This document shows, in pieces, positions 25,220 through 38,326 of a stretch of 64,000 nt of DNA. Made by a program: the position numbers and the translations under genes. Below the pieces are notes generated by a model, which had not been told where the DNA came from, searched no databases, and worked only from the letters and a program-made list of their open reading frames with translations. Source of the stretch: Callorhinchus milii (Eukaryota); the NCBI RefSeq assembly GCF_018977255.1, contig NW_024704742.1, forward strand, positions 66,838,001-66,902,000, in the 5' to 3' direction. Every line of letters begins with the position of its first letter. The first letter of the stretch is position 1.

Positions 25220-25683
25220 TAATAAAACTTGCTCAAGTCTTATCTTTATAAATCGTATTATCGCCTGTCGTATGCACCAGAGTCCCATTCAGTTTCCTAC
25301 CTAAGATTTTTTTGCACGAATTGTATTTTATAAAGCAAATTGTCTCCTAATTCGTAATGCTACCAGTTGCATTGAATCGCGGGAAATAGTCTGACATGTG
25401 GACGCATGCGCACTTACCACTGCATGGAAGTATGCATGCACAGTGGAGATTTCACCCACAAAATATACAGTCAATTCACTTTGCAGTATATTCTGTGAAG
25501 CACTTTGAGACGTCTCGAAGACGTGATAAAGCGCTTTATCAAATGTTGTAATTATATAATAGATTAATGATTAAATTGGATTTTATATGACTTATATGAC
25601 AAGTTTGCTTGTAATTCATACTTTGTGCAAGTCATATTAAATGTTATACTCCCGACTGATTAAGACTTCTGTGAGTTTCACTA
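25220..25683 (+). mobile_element. Non-autonomous DNA transposon (MITE) copy 1, with a SINE tail inserted at ~25452-25558
   Basis: Imperfect terminal inverted repeats (taataaaacttgctcaagtcttatc ... gattaagacttctgtgagtttcacta); collinear with 33821-34369. Confidence 0.65.
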
Positions 25684-28600
25684 AATTGTTATGTTCTGTG
25701 AATTTTTTAATCGTTTCAGTTGAAGCAATGCTTGTTATGCCATTCTTTGGAATAAAGCCTTTTGATGCAGCTTCCTTATGCTGCAAGGCTCAGTAATGCT
25801 TCCAAGTAAATGCACCCAAAAATGACACCAGTACTTTCTTTTTACAATAATGCTAGTCCGACCCCATTATAATGTGACTTGTTATAGTGTGGGTAGTGGA
25901 CCAGAGGTGGTATGCTTTCACTCCTAACAGGCATGTGCACGAATCTTGCCAGTTACCGTCAAAAGTCATATCAATAGTGACCTGATGACTCGGAAGTGGG
26001 ATCTGAATCCTTTTTTTTATTTCAATTGTAATGCACGGTTCAATTTTATGGACCCAAAACACCACGTTGTAATACCAGTGTATTTGTTGGTAATCCTTTT
26101 TAAACATGCTTGCCTGCAAATACACAGTTACTCCATTTCACAGTAAATCCTGTGAAGCGCTTTGGGATGTTCTTATCACGTGACAAGGTACTATATCAAA
26201 TGCAAGGATTATTATTATTATGTTGGATGAGATTATCCATGTGATAAATGTACTTACTATGGTGGGTGAATGTGAACTATTCTGCCCTGGATAGTAAATT
26301 TAGAGCTTGGTGGTGTGTACCTAAAATGGGAAAATGCTAAGCACATACTATCCAATCATTCAGTGCCAGAAATTATATCAATGGCAAACTGATGACTCGG
26401 ATTTATCAACTAGCAGGGAATAAAACTCATTCCCAGATCAAGTTTAGTGCATTCCCAGATGAGTAGAGAGTTGTCCCCAGGACATTCGTATCCTGAATTT
26501 GTGCAGAATTAAAAGGTTAATGTTAATCAGAATCTAATTATTAGATCAAGCGGTTTGAAAAAGATCCTGATTCTGTGACTCACCTGAAACATAAACTTTG
26601 TTTTAAATAAAAACAATGAAATGCACAGGTCCTTATTATGATTGCATTTTTTAATTGATTTGTGATTATTATGATTGTGCAATTTGTTCCACTTGAGTGC
26701 TCCAAGACCCTAAGCGAGTCGAGGGTGTTAAGTAAATGGAAATTGTTAGTGTTATCGTTGCTATACGTAGTAGAGTGCTAAATGCAATGGATTACAGATG
26801 CAGTCTAATCATTTTTTACAAAATTCTGATATTTGTATATTAACAAGCATTAAATTGCCTGTTCTGAAGAAATACAAACTTTTTGTACCTAAAATAGATA
26901 TTTTCTAAACAGGTACACCTTAATCCATAGGCTGACAGCAGCGTCAGGGAATGCCATTTTCCAAAACTTCATCCTGCAAGCTATAACATTAAAATTGTTG
27001 CCTTACAAGAGTACCTTCATTACTGTAATATTAATCATACACACTTAAAACATTATTTTTGTAACTTAAACATTTATTTCTGATCAGTCTGACTTCCTTC
27101 TATCCTTTTCATGCTTCATAGATATGACCAGGTTAACATTAATATATCTCATCCATGGTATTGACAACTTGAGTGCACTAAATGGGCTAACCTGTCCACT
27201 GGATTCTAAAGATTAATTCATTGTTGTATGCTTCAGCTATTTTGAATATTTCCTGTATTTTTTTCTGTCAGATTGGAATTTTGGTGAAACAAGTACTGTC
27301 AGTTTAGGTGGTGGTAATGGCAGTTTTTGCATTGGCCACTCATTAATCACAATTTTGATCCACATAGATTTTTTGTTCTGTCTGTTTCAAAATGCAACCC
27401 GTGAGTGATAGTGCACCAAAGTATCATTCCTCATTTTTTTTGTGTATGTTTGTGTTTATTTCTTTGCAACGTAAATCATTTCTTAGGCAAATATACAACA
27501 TCTTCTGACCTGGCATTAGTATTTTGTAATATCCTCTTTACTCTTAGTTTCTTATATCTCCCTGGTTGGAAATTACCAGCCTTCAGCAGGCAGAAATCAT
27601 TTTGTAATCATCAAACAATATTCTTGGATCGCTCTAGCACAATTGGGGGGGTGGGGTAATAAAATACAAATGTTACCTTTTTAAAAAAAAACATCTTTCT
27701 GTACAACAGGAATTCTGATGAAATATTAGTCATTTAGCTCACTCTGTAAAAAATCACTTAGTAAGTATGTTATTGTTCATAATTGGCTTGAAGTTGAAGA
27801 ACTACATGACAATTTAATGTCAAAATTAAATTCTGCTTTGACCAAAAAAGTATTAGATTCCTTCCACCAGTGGGGAGCCAGTAATAAGAGGAGACAAATT
27901 TAAGATAACCACAGAGCCTAGTCAATAGGAGGTCAGAAAAATAAACCTTTGGATAGAGAGTTGGTTAGAATTTGGAAATCTACCACAAATTGTAGTTAAG
28001 GCAAGAATTCATCAATATTTTAAATCGGAAATGAGATATTGAAAAAGAAGAATATTAAAGGATGTGGATAGGGAGCAGGAGAATGGGATCAGAGTCAATA
28101 GTAAAGTGACAGAAAATTTGCCAACGGTGCAGGAAGCTGCTAACTCGTGCATTGTTCTTGTTTGATTTGCATATGTGATGAACTTCTCTCCCTTGTGGTG
28201 CAAGCTACAGTAAAACTGCATCTAATTTGCAGCTTTGTGAAAATATTAATACTGCCTTTCGTGTCAGGAGGACGTCTATGAAGCATTGGGCCCTACTGTC
28301 TTGTATTGGTATTGTAGGTATTCCAACTATGTTTTGGGGGAAAACCTGTTCACAGGACTCAGAAGGAAAATTCCTCTGCTTATATAAATTCAGTGTTGCC
28401 AGCTGGATATTTCAGCAGCACAGCTGCACTTAGTTTAGGTTATTGGACAGATTATTCATCTTGCGAATAAATCATTGAACTTTTTTTTAAAACAGACTTG
28501 AATTTGCCTTTTCCTGTGTAGAGTTAACTTATCTCAGCTGTGGCAGCAAGTAGCAATGGTTCGACTGGCCACAACGCCCTTCGACTTTCCACTCCTGATT

Positions 28601-28738
28601 GCTATCTCGTGACTCCTGCAGGAAGATGTGCAGTGTGGACAGGATCATTGTCAAGACTCACACATTTGCAAATAGCTGCCTGAACTTCAAAGTATCAATA
28701 TAGAGACTTTCAGATTACAAATTAGAGTGATTTCCTGT

Positions 28739-29098
28739 GGAGTGCTGTTCCGTAGTGGTTAGAACACTTGCCTTGTAAGCGAGTAGACCCAAGTTCGATT
28801 CCTTGGCTGGATAAAACCTTAGGCTAGTTTTCTTACTCCACACATGTCTGTTAACCTAGCAGTAAGCAGGAACACGGTTGTTAATCGATTGGCGGATCGC
28901 TTTCTGTGGATGATAATCCCTTTAAAAAGAAATGTGGTCACTCAACCCACGACTGTTTGTGGGACACAGGCTGCTGCGTTTTAACCACCAAATATACATT
29001 CAATTCATGTTACGGTATATTCGGTGAAGGCTTTTGAGATGTCTTGATAATGTGATAAGGCGCAATATCAAATGGAAGGATCATTATTACTATTATTA
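28739..29098 (+). mobile_element. Full-length older-subfamily SINE
   Basis: tRNA-like head, extra internal segment (tgtctgttaacctagcagtaagcagg...) and tail. Confidence 0.82.
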
Positions 29099-29269
29099 AT
29101 AACTTGGTTGCAGGAAAAGATGGAGGGGAAATAAGGAATTACAGTTACTTAACTAGCTAGCTAATTAGATGGTTAGGTAGCCTCTTCCCCTAAAAAAAAA
29201 TCCTCTATTTAAATGTATCTTGTACTACAGCACATTAAACTTCACTTAACTGCTGTATAAAGTTGATCA

Positions 29270-29755
29270 TCTAAAACTCTGCAGCCCGTGTCCTCCTGCA
29301 CCAGACTCCGTGATCCTATTACCCCCATCCTCGCTTGACTCCACTGGCTTCCCATCACACAAAGGCTACAGTTCAAGATCCTGCTCCTCACCTTGAAAGC
29401 CCTCCATGGCCTCGCTCCCCTCCAAATCTGCGACCTACTAAATCCCTGCCCACTTTCTCCACTCAGGGGCTCCTGCTTCACACCCCTGCTTCGCCTGCCC
29501 TATCATTGGCAGGCTTTCTGCCACTCTGCCCCCACCCTCTGGAACTCCATCCTGTAGTCACTCCGCCTCGACCCTTCCCTTGCCTCCTTCAAGACCCGTC
29601 TGAAGACCCTCCTCTTCAACCATGCCTTCCTTCACCCTCTGCCTTCCACCCTCCCTGATCCGGACCCCCAGCTCGGGTCCGAAATACTGATAGTCCAGCA
29701 ACTTGGGACGTCCTCCTGACACGAAAGGCACTATGCAAATGTAATTTTGTTGTTG
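29270..29755 (+). mobile_element. L2-clade LINE 3' fragment. Further decayed L2 3' ends at ~13120-13390(+), ~19815-20175(-), ~46375-46510(-), ~48005-48350(-)
   Basis: ctccactggcttcccatc (LHWLPI), ctctggaactcc (LWNS), ttcaagacccgtctgaagacc (FKTRLKT) and an L2-type tail. Confidence 0.85.
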
Positions 29756-32700
29756 TAAAGTTATTTGTATCTATGAGAGTTTGCATCGTGAAACCTTTTA
29801 AGATGTTCCTTTTATGAATAATGGTCTGAAAGTGAGTTTAGGAAATGTTTTGTTCCTGCATTTATATTACTGTAAAGTTAGTATTTTATTTGAAAATATA
29901 ACAAATGCAAAATCAAACTTTGCTAAATGATAAAACACAAACAAGTTTTTTTGGTCTGACACAGTTTATACTGCACCTTTTATGAGAAGAAAATGGCAGC
30001 AAATCCCTGAAAGAAAACAGTTTTAAAAATAACTTGGAACCAAGACATGCCTTTCACAGTGATTTAGGCTGGAATCCAGTTGTCAACTGTGAAGGGGCGT
30101 GTGTTTGTCCAAGGCATCGATTCACACCAGCATGGTGTAAATCAATTCAGGTCTACTCAATAAAGCTTTTAGGCTGCTCAAGAACTTTTAAGGACAGTTT
30201 TCAATGTTACAGAATCAGTCACTCAACCAGCTCTTCAACAGTTTTTAAAAACTACTCGCAGTGGTTAGAGGAGCACTATGCATGCAAATCGGCTTCCACT
30301 ACCCTTTCAGGCAATGCATTTCAGAAACTTGCTGTGTGAAAAAAATTCTTCTCACTTCCCCTTGGGTTCTTTTAACAAGTATTTGGGAAATATGGGAAAT
30401 ATATATTCATCTTTCTTCACTGAATCACTTTCAGCTTCAGTCTCACCAACAGTCACCAGGTGAATGAACAATTTTACCCAGAGCATTATTGATTAACCCC
30501 CCCACCCCAGGCAAAAATACCTCTAAATAATATAATAGGATCTTTGCATCCACCTGTGGACAGACGACTGGGATGTTGCCATCTCCAACAATGTCCTCCA
30601 GGTGTGATAAGTACTATATAATATATATTTTTGTATCACATTATACAGTACATTTTCTAATGAACCATAGTAAATCCTTGCAATCCTTCCATAATTTTGA
30701 AACATCTCTGCCAAGTGTTTCACAGGGAATTATTGTAAAGTGTCGTGATTGTATTTGTAGGTGAATTTGGCAGCAGATTTGCACACAGTAATGTCTCACA
30801 AACAGCCCTGAGTGAAGGACCAATTTTATCTAGAGGACTGTTGGTCAAGAGTTTAGAGAAACTCAGAATCCATAACTGGGTACAATTTTGAATTCAGCAG
30901 CTGTGCATTTCTGTAGTAGGTTTATAGAAAGAGAAATGCCACATTTCCGAGTGCTAACTTTGGTCTGAATTATATAGTGATGTTCTAACCTTTAATGACC
31001 CTAACAAGTAACTGAAAGTGTTTGGCTTTAGCTTTGACAAATTATTTTTATTTGAAGTGTTTTTATTTTGAAATCTTATGAAGCCTGTAAATAGGATTTG
31101 TACAAAGTAAAATTGCTGTGTTTTTTTCAAAATGAGACCTTAAACAAAGGCATTGCTTATACTTGGCGACAAGCTAATTTCAGCAATTTATTGTTTTGCC
31201 CACAAAATATACAGTCAATTCACTTTACAGTATATTCTGTGAAGCTCTTTGAGATGTCTTAATGATGTGATAAAGCACTGTATCAAATGCATGGATTATT
31301 ATTGCTTCCCTGCTGCATTAAAACTGGTGCTTTTCCTTTGATTGAATTAACAAAATGAAAACTGAGTGAATATGTTATTCAGATAAGTTCTTGCTCTAAT
31401 ACTTCACCAGTTTGCATTTGATATTTAAAGCAGAACTTTGTGATACAGACATGCTGGGAAAAGTTCTGCATTTAAAAATATTTAAAATGCATTGTCTGTT
31501 TAAACATAATATTGGTTTACATTCAGACAAATAATCTAAAAAGGTGATCCTCAGGGTGATCTATCTTTGCATTATCCAGTCAAAGCAGATGAAATTGCAG
31601 TTGGGCACACTGTAATCTGCAGGAGGTGACTGTTAATCACCCTCTTTGGGATTGGTTTTTATAAAAACAAAATTAGTTCTTTAGAAGGAAGAAAAATATT
31701 TGACAACAGACTTGGATGATAAAGCTATCAATACTCTGTTGTGTGATTATGGGGAATATACAAGTTGGGTTGTAATTTGCAACCATATAGCTATGTCTTT
31801 GCTTTGAATTGCTAGGTTGGATATTTAACTGAGAAATATGAAATTAGTGGTGAGGTATGTATGTCAGAATAAGAAAAATTCTTATTCTGTATACATGTGC
31901 TTTCTGTAAGGATTACTTCTGATCCTTTTATTCAAAAAAACACTTTATTACATTTTCACTGAGTTTTTTCCACAGTTGAGATTCTTGCTACGGTCATCTG
32001 CATATACTTATCTGTTAAAAAGACCTACCCTCTTTATGCATGAGTATCATATACACCTCCTCCTCCACATGTACATGCTTTTGAAATTGTTTAATGATGG
32101 GTGGGATGGAGGAAGCTGAGATTTGGCTACAAAATTCTGGCACAATAACCAAGCCATCTTGCAGTAAACCTTTTAAATATGTCTAGGGTGTGTTTTTCAC
32201 GTGAATACTCTAAAAAGCACTTGTATTTGCTATTCTGGACGAATCCTTTAGATTCTCCATGGCTGATTTTGCAGTTCTTTGCCTGTACTTCCCAGATGTC
32301 TGCCTGCTTAGAGATAAATGTCTACCCGTTCCATACAACTTCCATTCATTGTCCTCTCCCTCTCTCCTTTCACCTCCCGACCATGAGACCTATCTCCTTG
32401 ACAGTACTTTTGGCTATCCTCCCCATCCCTCCCCCACCACCACCAGCTTGGGCTCACAGTCAGTTGTGTTAAGCATTTTGAGATGTCGTTTTGACGTGAA
32501 AAGTGCTTTATATATAAATTATTTTGTTCTGAAGATCATCTTACTGAATATAATATATGGTGGGCAGCTGAAATTTTTGCTCAGGTTTGGCTTAAGAGCA
32601 GTCCCCTTTTTCTGTTATATGCTCAAAATGGCTTTCCGCAAATTGGCTTTTAACTTTTTAAAACAGCTAACTTCTATTGTATAAACAAAGGTATAACTTT

Positions 32701-33820
32701 GAACTGGTACCCACGGGTACTAACATGGTATGGAGAAAAGGTGAAATGATTTTGTTAGTGTAAAACATGCACTGAAAATGGATCAATGAGCATTCAATAC
32801 ATAAATTATGAGGAGTAATGCCTGCATTCTCATTACATATGATCTATGTATCTTCAATTTATAATTTGTGTAATATAGTACTTTAGAAAATTCTCATACA
32901 ATTTGATTTTCAGAGTACCCAAAAAAGCTTTTGTGTTAATTATATTTGCAGTTTAAGGATTAACATTTAAATTAATTGACTGTTTCTCGGATTCTTTCTT
33001 GGAATGTTCGGGAAGTCTCCTCTCTCTTGGAAGTGCCAATTAATTATAATTATAACAATAATTATAATGTTAATGAAATGTCATTAACATTCTAATTATT
33101 AGAATGTTACTTTAAGAATTAAATGTCAGATAAAATAAACATTTACAGAGGATTGAAGCAGCGCGTTTAATTCTTGGAGTGAAGGATTCAGTGTGTTTCT
33201 GCAGCGCCAAGTGATACAGTGATGTATCACTTTAGGTTGCGTCATTGTTGGGACAGGGAAATATTTTTTTATTGCACAGGCACTGAAGTAAGAAAACAGA
33301 TATGAATGATTTGGAAGAAGTTGAAAGTTAATTGGAAGGTTAATTTCAATAGGAAGTTTTTTTTAATAAAAACACTTTTTTCTACCTTGCTCGATATGTT
33401 TTAAATTTTACTTTATTTTCCCTCCCTGCGACTTTGGCCTTTACAGGCACAAGATGATGTTGACAACTAGCCTACTTCATAAGTTATTACGACTCTATAG
33501 GGATTTGTGTATTTCTGCATATTTTATTAAGATTTGATACATAGGTTGTAGAATCAGAATCATTTACTGATTATTTAAGCACAACCTGCCCTTTAACAAA
33601 TACTTTTTGAGTGGTCACAATTGAGTGGTCCATATATTTTCAAGTGTTCATTTCAACAACAACTTGCATTTATATAGTGCCCTTCATGCAGAGTCGTTTT
33701 GGAGTGTATAATTAGTGTTAATTTGTGAATTAACACTAATTCACTAGATTGAAGCAATTGACTACAATTTGTCAGATAAACTGGTCTATAGTTATCTGGC
33801 TAATCTATATGAAGTTTATA

Positions 33821-34369
33821 CAGTAACATTTGCATAAGTTTTATACTTATAAATAATCTAATCGTCTTAAGTCGTACATGCACCTGAGTCCATTCAGTTT
33901 CCTATCAAATCCATTTAGATTTCTTTGCACTAGTCTTATTAATCATATCCTAATTTGTAAACCTGCTCCCCTATCCTCCATTTCACCCGCACTTACTGGC
34001 TGCATTGAATAGAGGCTAGTGACATCCTGACTGGTTGCAGCACTTAGCGACTGGCTGCATTGAATTGCAGGAAACATAGTCTTGATCTGTCGACGCATAT
34101 GCAGAAGAACTTAAATTCCCGCGATGCCAATGCTTGCCGATAAGTGCGCATACGGCAATGGATCAAATCGCATTGAATCGCGGGAAATGTAATCTTGACT
34201 AGTCCACGCATGTGCACTTACTGGCTGCATTGAATTACATATGGCAATGTAGATTATTGATTAAATGGGATCTTATATGACTTGCACAAGTTTACGTGCA
34301 ACTCGAACTTTATGTAAATCATATTAAATGTCATGTTCCTGCCAGATATGATGTGTGTGAGTTTTATTA
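33821..34369 (+). mobile_element. MITE copy 2 (Tc1/mariner-pogo-like ends)
   Basis: TA|cagtaacatttgcataagtt ... gtgtgtgagttttatta|ta; internal repeats of actggctgcattgaat; shares blocks with copy 1. Confidence 0.65.
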
Positions 34370-34714
34370 TATGCTGGAGGTTTTTTTATTCGAATCCACA
34401 ACAGAACTTTAGCTGACATTCCAGCGAGTGCTATATTTTTGGAGTCGCTGTCTGAGAGACGAGGAGCTAAACCCTAGTTATTCAAAGAATACAATACAAA
34501 TAAAGAGGAAACTCCCCCAGTCTTGCCCATCATTTAAGGACTGTTTAGTCTGTTTTTTATCTGCAAAAAAATGGAGTTTTGGGGCCTGTTTGTTTTGTCA
34601 AGCATGGAAATCTTGAAACTATTTTGCTAATTTTTGCAGCAAGTACAATTAAAATGTTAGTCAGCACAGTATTAAACATACAGAATGTAGTTTCCAAATT
34701 GAGCAAAAGAAAAT

Positions 34715-35750
34715 ATAATACAACAACAAGATTGCAATTATAGAACGCCTTTCACGTCGGGAGGACACCCCAAGGCGCTGGACAGTTGGGTCGGGACCCG
34801 AGCAGGGGGGAAATGGTCAGGGTGAGGGAAGGGAGGGAGCGAGGAGGGGGAAATGGTCAGGGTGAGGGAAGGGAGGGAGCGAGGAGGGGGAAATGGTCAG
34901 GGTGAGGGAAGGGAGGGAGCGAGGAGGGGGTAGAGAGTCAAGAGGGGAGCTGAAGGCTCGGTTGAAGAGAAACGTCTTGAGACCGGCTTTGAAGGAGGAA
35001 AGGGAGGAAGCGGCGAAGGCACTGGGGGATGGAGTTCCAGAGCCTCGGGGCTGAGAGGCTGAAGGCCCGACCACCGATGGTAGGGCGGTTGGGGCGGGAG
35101 ATGTGGAGCAGATCGGAGCCAGAGGAACGGAGGGTACGGGCAGGTAGGTAGGGGGATAGTAGGTCGGAGAGGTAGGAGGGAGCGAGGCCGTGAATGGCCG
35201 TGTAGGTGAGGATGAGGATCTTGAATTCGATCCTCTGGGGGATGGGGAGCCAGTGGAGGCGAGCGAGGGTGGGAGTGATGTGGTTGTGAAGCCTGGTGCG
35301 GGACAGTACATGAGCTGCAGAGTTCTGAATGACCTACAGCTTGTGGAGGGAGGTGCCGGCAAGGCCGATGAGGAGAGAGTTCCTGTAGTCCCGGGGGGGA
35401 TGGGAATGAGGGAGGAGAGGTTGGCTCCCCGGGTCTGTGTCCGGGGTGGCTGGCGAGTATGGTGGGGAATGGGGCAGTGGCTGCTGGACAGCCAACGCCG
35501 AGTGCCACGATGAGCCCGGCGGAGGATTCCTGGGCTGGAACAGAGGGAGGTTGTGGGAGGGTTAAGTGGTTATAGAAGGCGAGGGGACGGAGAGAGAGAG
35601 GAGGACAGAGAGGGAGAGATGCAGAGGGGGGAGGGTTTGGGGGGAGATAGGAGGGGGGAGGGAGAGAGGGGATGAGGGGACTCGGGTCAGAGAAGCAGCC
35701 ATAGTGCGCACGCGGGGACCAGGAGCGAGCGGTCAGGTGGGTTAGCAATG
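34715..35750 (-). mobile_element. L2-clade LINE derivative: 3' end (34715-35391) fused to a different C/T-rich segment (35392-35750)
   Basis: 34715-35391 is highly similar to 52124-52727, and the similarity stops abruptly at gtagtcc. Confidence 0.88.
34811..34930. repeat. Three perfect tandem copies of a 40-bp unit (aaatggtcagggtgagggaagggagggagcgaggaggggg) in the LINE 3' UTR
   Basis: Directly visible; the sibling LINE at ~52224-52268 has one unit. Confidence 0.95.
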
Positions 35751-35887
35751 TTTTGTTACCAAATGTATTTGAACAACATTCTGTATGATTCTAATATTTC
35801 TGAGCATAAATGAATTGGATTAATTGTCATATTACTGCAACCTGTTTAGTTTACAGATGCAAAAATAGTCTTGTTTTTCTCTTGCAG

Positions 35888-36091
35888 GCAGTTGAGTCGA
35901 TACAAGCTGAAGATGAGAGCGCAAAATTGTGTAAACGTAGAATTGAACACTTGAAAGAACACAGCAGTGACCAAGCAGCAGCAGTTAATATGTGGAAGAA
36001 AAAACGCATGGACCGTATGATGGTGGAACACTTGCTGCGATGTGGCTACTATAACACTGCGGTTAAACTGACTAAACAGAGTGGAATTGAG
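35888..36091 (+). CDS. MAEA: MAEA coding exon 3 ([25 protein letters not shown]...[29 protein letters not shown]; LisH region)
   Basis: ttgcag| acceptor and GAG|gtgagc donor; 204 nt, phase 0/0; lies within ORF 35810..36106. Confidence 0.97.
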
Positions 36092-36174
36092 GTGAGCTCA
36101 ACCTGAAAGCAAGCACTGCTTTTTGTAGATTTTCAATTTTTATTTGAAAATAGAAGGGACATTTATTCCCTTCT

Positions 36175-36472
36175 AAAGGTGAGATGTTGGGCAAGTTTCC
36201 TTACTCCACACACCTCTGTTTACCTAGCAGTAAGTAGGAAAGCAGTTGTTAGTCAATTGGCAGATCGCTTTTCTGGGTGTAATAATTCCTTCAAAAAAAA
36301 AATAATTTGGTCTCAATCCATGACTGTTTGTGGGACACTGCTGTGCACAATTGGCTGCTATGTTTCTCCCTCAAAATATACCGTCAGTGCACTTTACAGT
36401 ATATTCTGTGAAGAGTTTTGAGATGTCTAGAAGATGTGATAAGGCGCTATATCAAATGCAAGGATTATTATT
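36175..36472 (+). mobile_element. Older-subfamily SINE, 5'-truncated
   Basis: Collinear with 28739-29098 from ttgggcaagtttccttactcc to the tail. Confidence 0.82.
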
Positions 36473-36846
36473 CAGTTCATGTACCTTATTTGATATTATG
36501 TACCTCAGAATTTTCTGTGCTGCAGTTGTGTTTATATTGAACCAAGTGGGTCCCACAGCGAGTCTGAAGATAAGAACTAAGCTATATTATTGTATGATAG
36601 TCATTGTATTTCATTAATTGTATTCACTGCATAATTCTGACTGTCAATTTAGGATTTCCTCTGCAGCACACATTCTCATCTCTAGCCTTGTATTGCTGCC
36701 CCATTTATACTTCAGTATTGGTTTGACAGAGGCACTGGTTTTAAGACAACATGTCTGAGGTATATTGATAGCTGCAAATCTTGCTGTCGGGTTATAACAC
36801 TTGTGTGTTGTACACATGCATACCAGATTCTCAAACTAAAAATAGC

Positions 36847-37540
36847 CAACAACAACTTGCACTTATATAGCGCCCTCCACGCAGGGTAGGGTCTCAGAGC
36901 GCTTAACAGTGGCAGAACCTGACTCTGAGCCTGGGTCGGTGGGGGAGCTGACCATAAGCATGGTCGAAAAGGAAGGTTAGGAAGGTTTTCAGATGGGACT
37001 TGAAAAAGGGGAGAGGGGGCAAGCCCTAATGTGGGGGAGGAAGGACAGCTGGGGGTCGAACCAGACGCCGAGATTGCACATAGGTTTGGTGAGTCTGAGA
37101 GAGATCCCGGGGAGGTTGAGAAGTTTATATCTGCAGGAGTGAAGACGTTGATGGGAGCCAAAGAGTATGGCTTCCGTCTTGTCCACATTCAGCTGCAGAA
37201 AGTTTACACTCATCCAGGCCCTGATGTCTGCCAGACAAGCTGATAGAACATCGGTGGACCTGGAGTTGGTACTGGAGGAGGCAAAGTAGATTTGTGTGTC
37301 ATCTGCATACATGTGGAAGCTTACCCTGTGTCTGGATGACATCGCCAAGAGGGAGCATATAGATGAGGAAAAGATGAGGGACAAGGATGGAGCCCTGGGG
37401 TACCCCACAGGTGACCAGGCGGGGGCGGGAGGAGAAACCATTTGCCGAGATGAAGTGGAGGCTATTGGTTAAGTAGGACATGAACCATGCAATTGCCTTC
37501 CCACTAAGGTGGATGAGGGAGGAGAGGCCGTGGTGGAGGT
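36847..37540 (-). mobile_element. L2-clade LINE fragment with internal deletion (RT core YADDTQ joined to the 3' tail)
   Basis: ORFs 36989..37441 (FHMYADDTQIYF) and 37299..37481 (CGVPQGSILVPHLFLIYMLPLG); aacaacaac tail at 36847. Confidence 0.9.
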
Positions 37541-38326
37541 CTTTATAAATGAATCCACCTTTGAAGGAGGCATCTTATGATGGAGTTGCCCAATAGTTTA
37601 CATCATTATGCATTATTACACATTTTTAAAGCAAATTTGGTCATCAGAATGGGTTTTAGCTCCTATCCTATATCATTTTGAAAGTTTGAGATAACATGAA
37701 ACATATTGAATCCATTTCAGCCTGTATTGGGAAATAGCCTGATGCTGATAGTCTGCTTGATCAGGCACTATTTTCTGTCCAGCTAACACTATGGTCTAGA
37801 TTTTGTTCCAAATGTCAATTGCGATTTGAACTGTGTTAGTTAATATCTTTCCCAATAAAAATATATGATTTAGATTGAGATGGGATAATCCCCTGAATAT
37901 GCTTTGAAACACAAGTTCCATATCTAAGGAATTCAATCTAAGAAATTAATCTGAACAATGAAGGCCTTAAACTGATCAAAGTTGAAAGGATTTTGAATTT
38001 GCTGTCACTGAGCATTTTCATTGAATAAATTTGCCATGATCCACAAAAACCTTACACGAAACAGGAACAATTTCTTCCAAATTTGGACAGCTTTGTTAAT
38101 GTCAGCATTAAATAAGATATCTAGTCTGTTTTGAAAAGTGTATATTTTTTAAAAAATTTATAACGTGGGTATGAATAAAATACTGTGAACTGGAAATGTT
38201 TTCATTTCATTCTACTTTGATCAGTTTGCAGCTTTCATACTTTAGATTAATATCTTAGATTGAATTCCTTGGTTATGAAATTTAACATGCTTGAAATCAT
38301 ATTCATAGGATTATCCTGTCTATATT

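Noticed and set aside
34811..34930. Regularly spaced repeats suggestive of a CRISPR-like array
   Set aside because: Head-to-tail tandem units with no spacers, inside a LINE 3' UTR in vertebrate DNA.
34817..35748. Long Pro/Ser-rich ORFs (181 and 283 aa) and similar ORFs at 52202-52998
   Set aside because: Off-frame readings of GC-rich L2 LINE sequence, not host genes.
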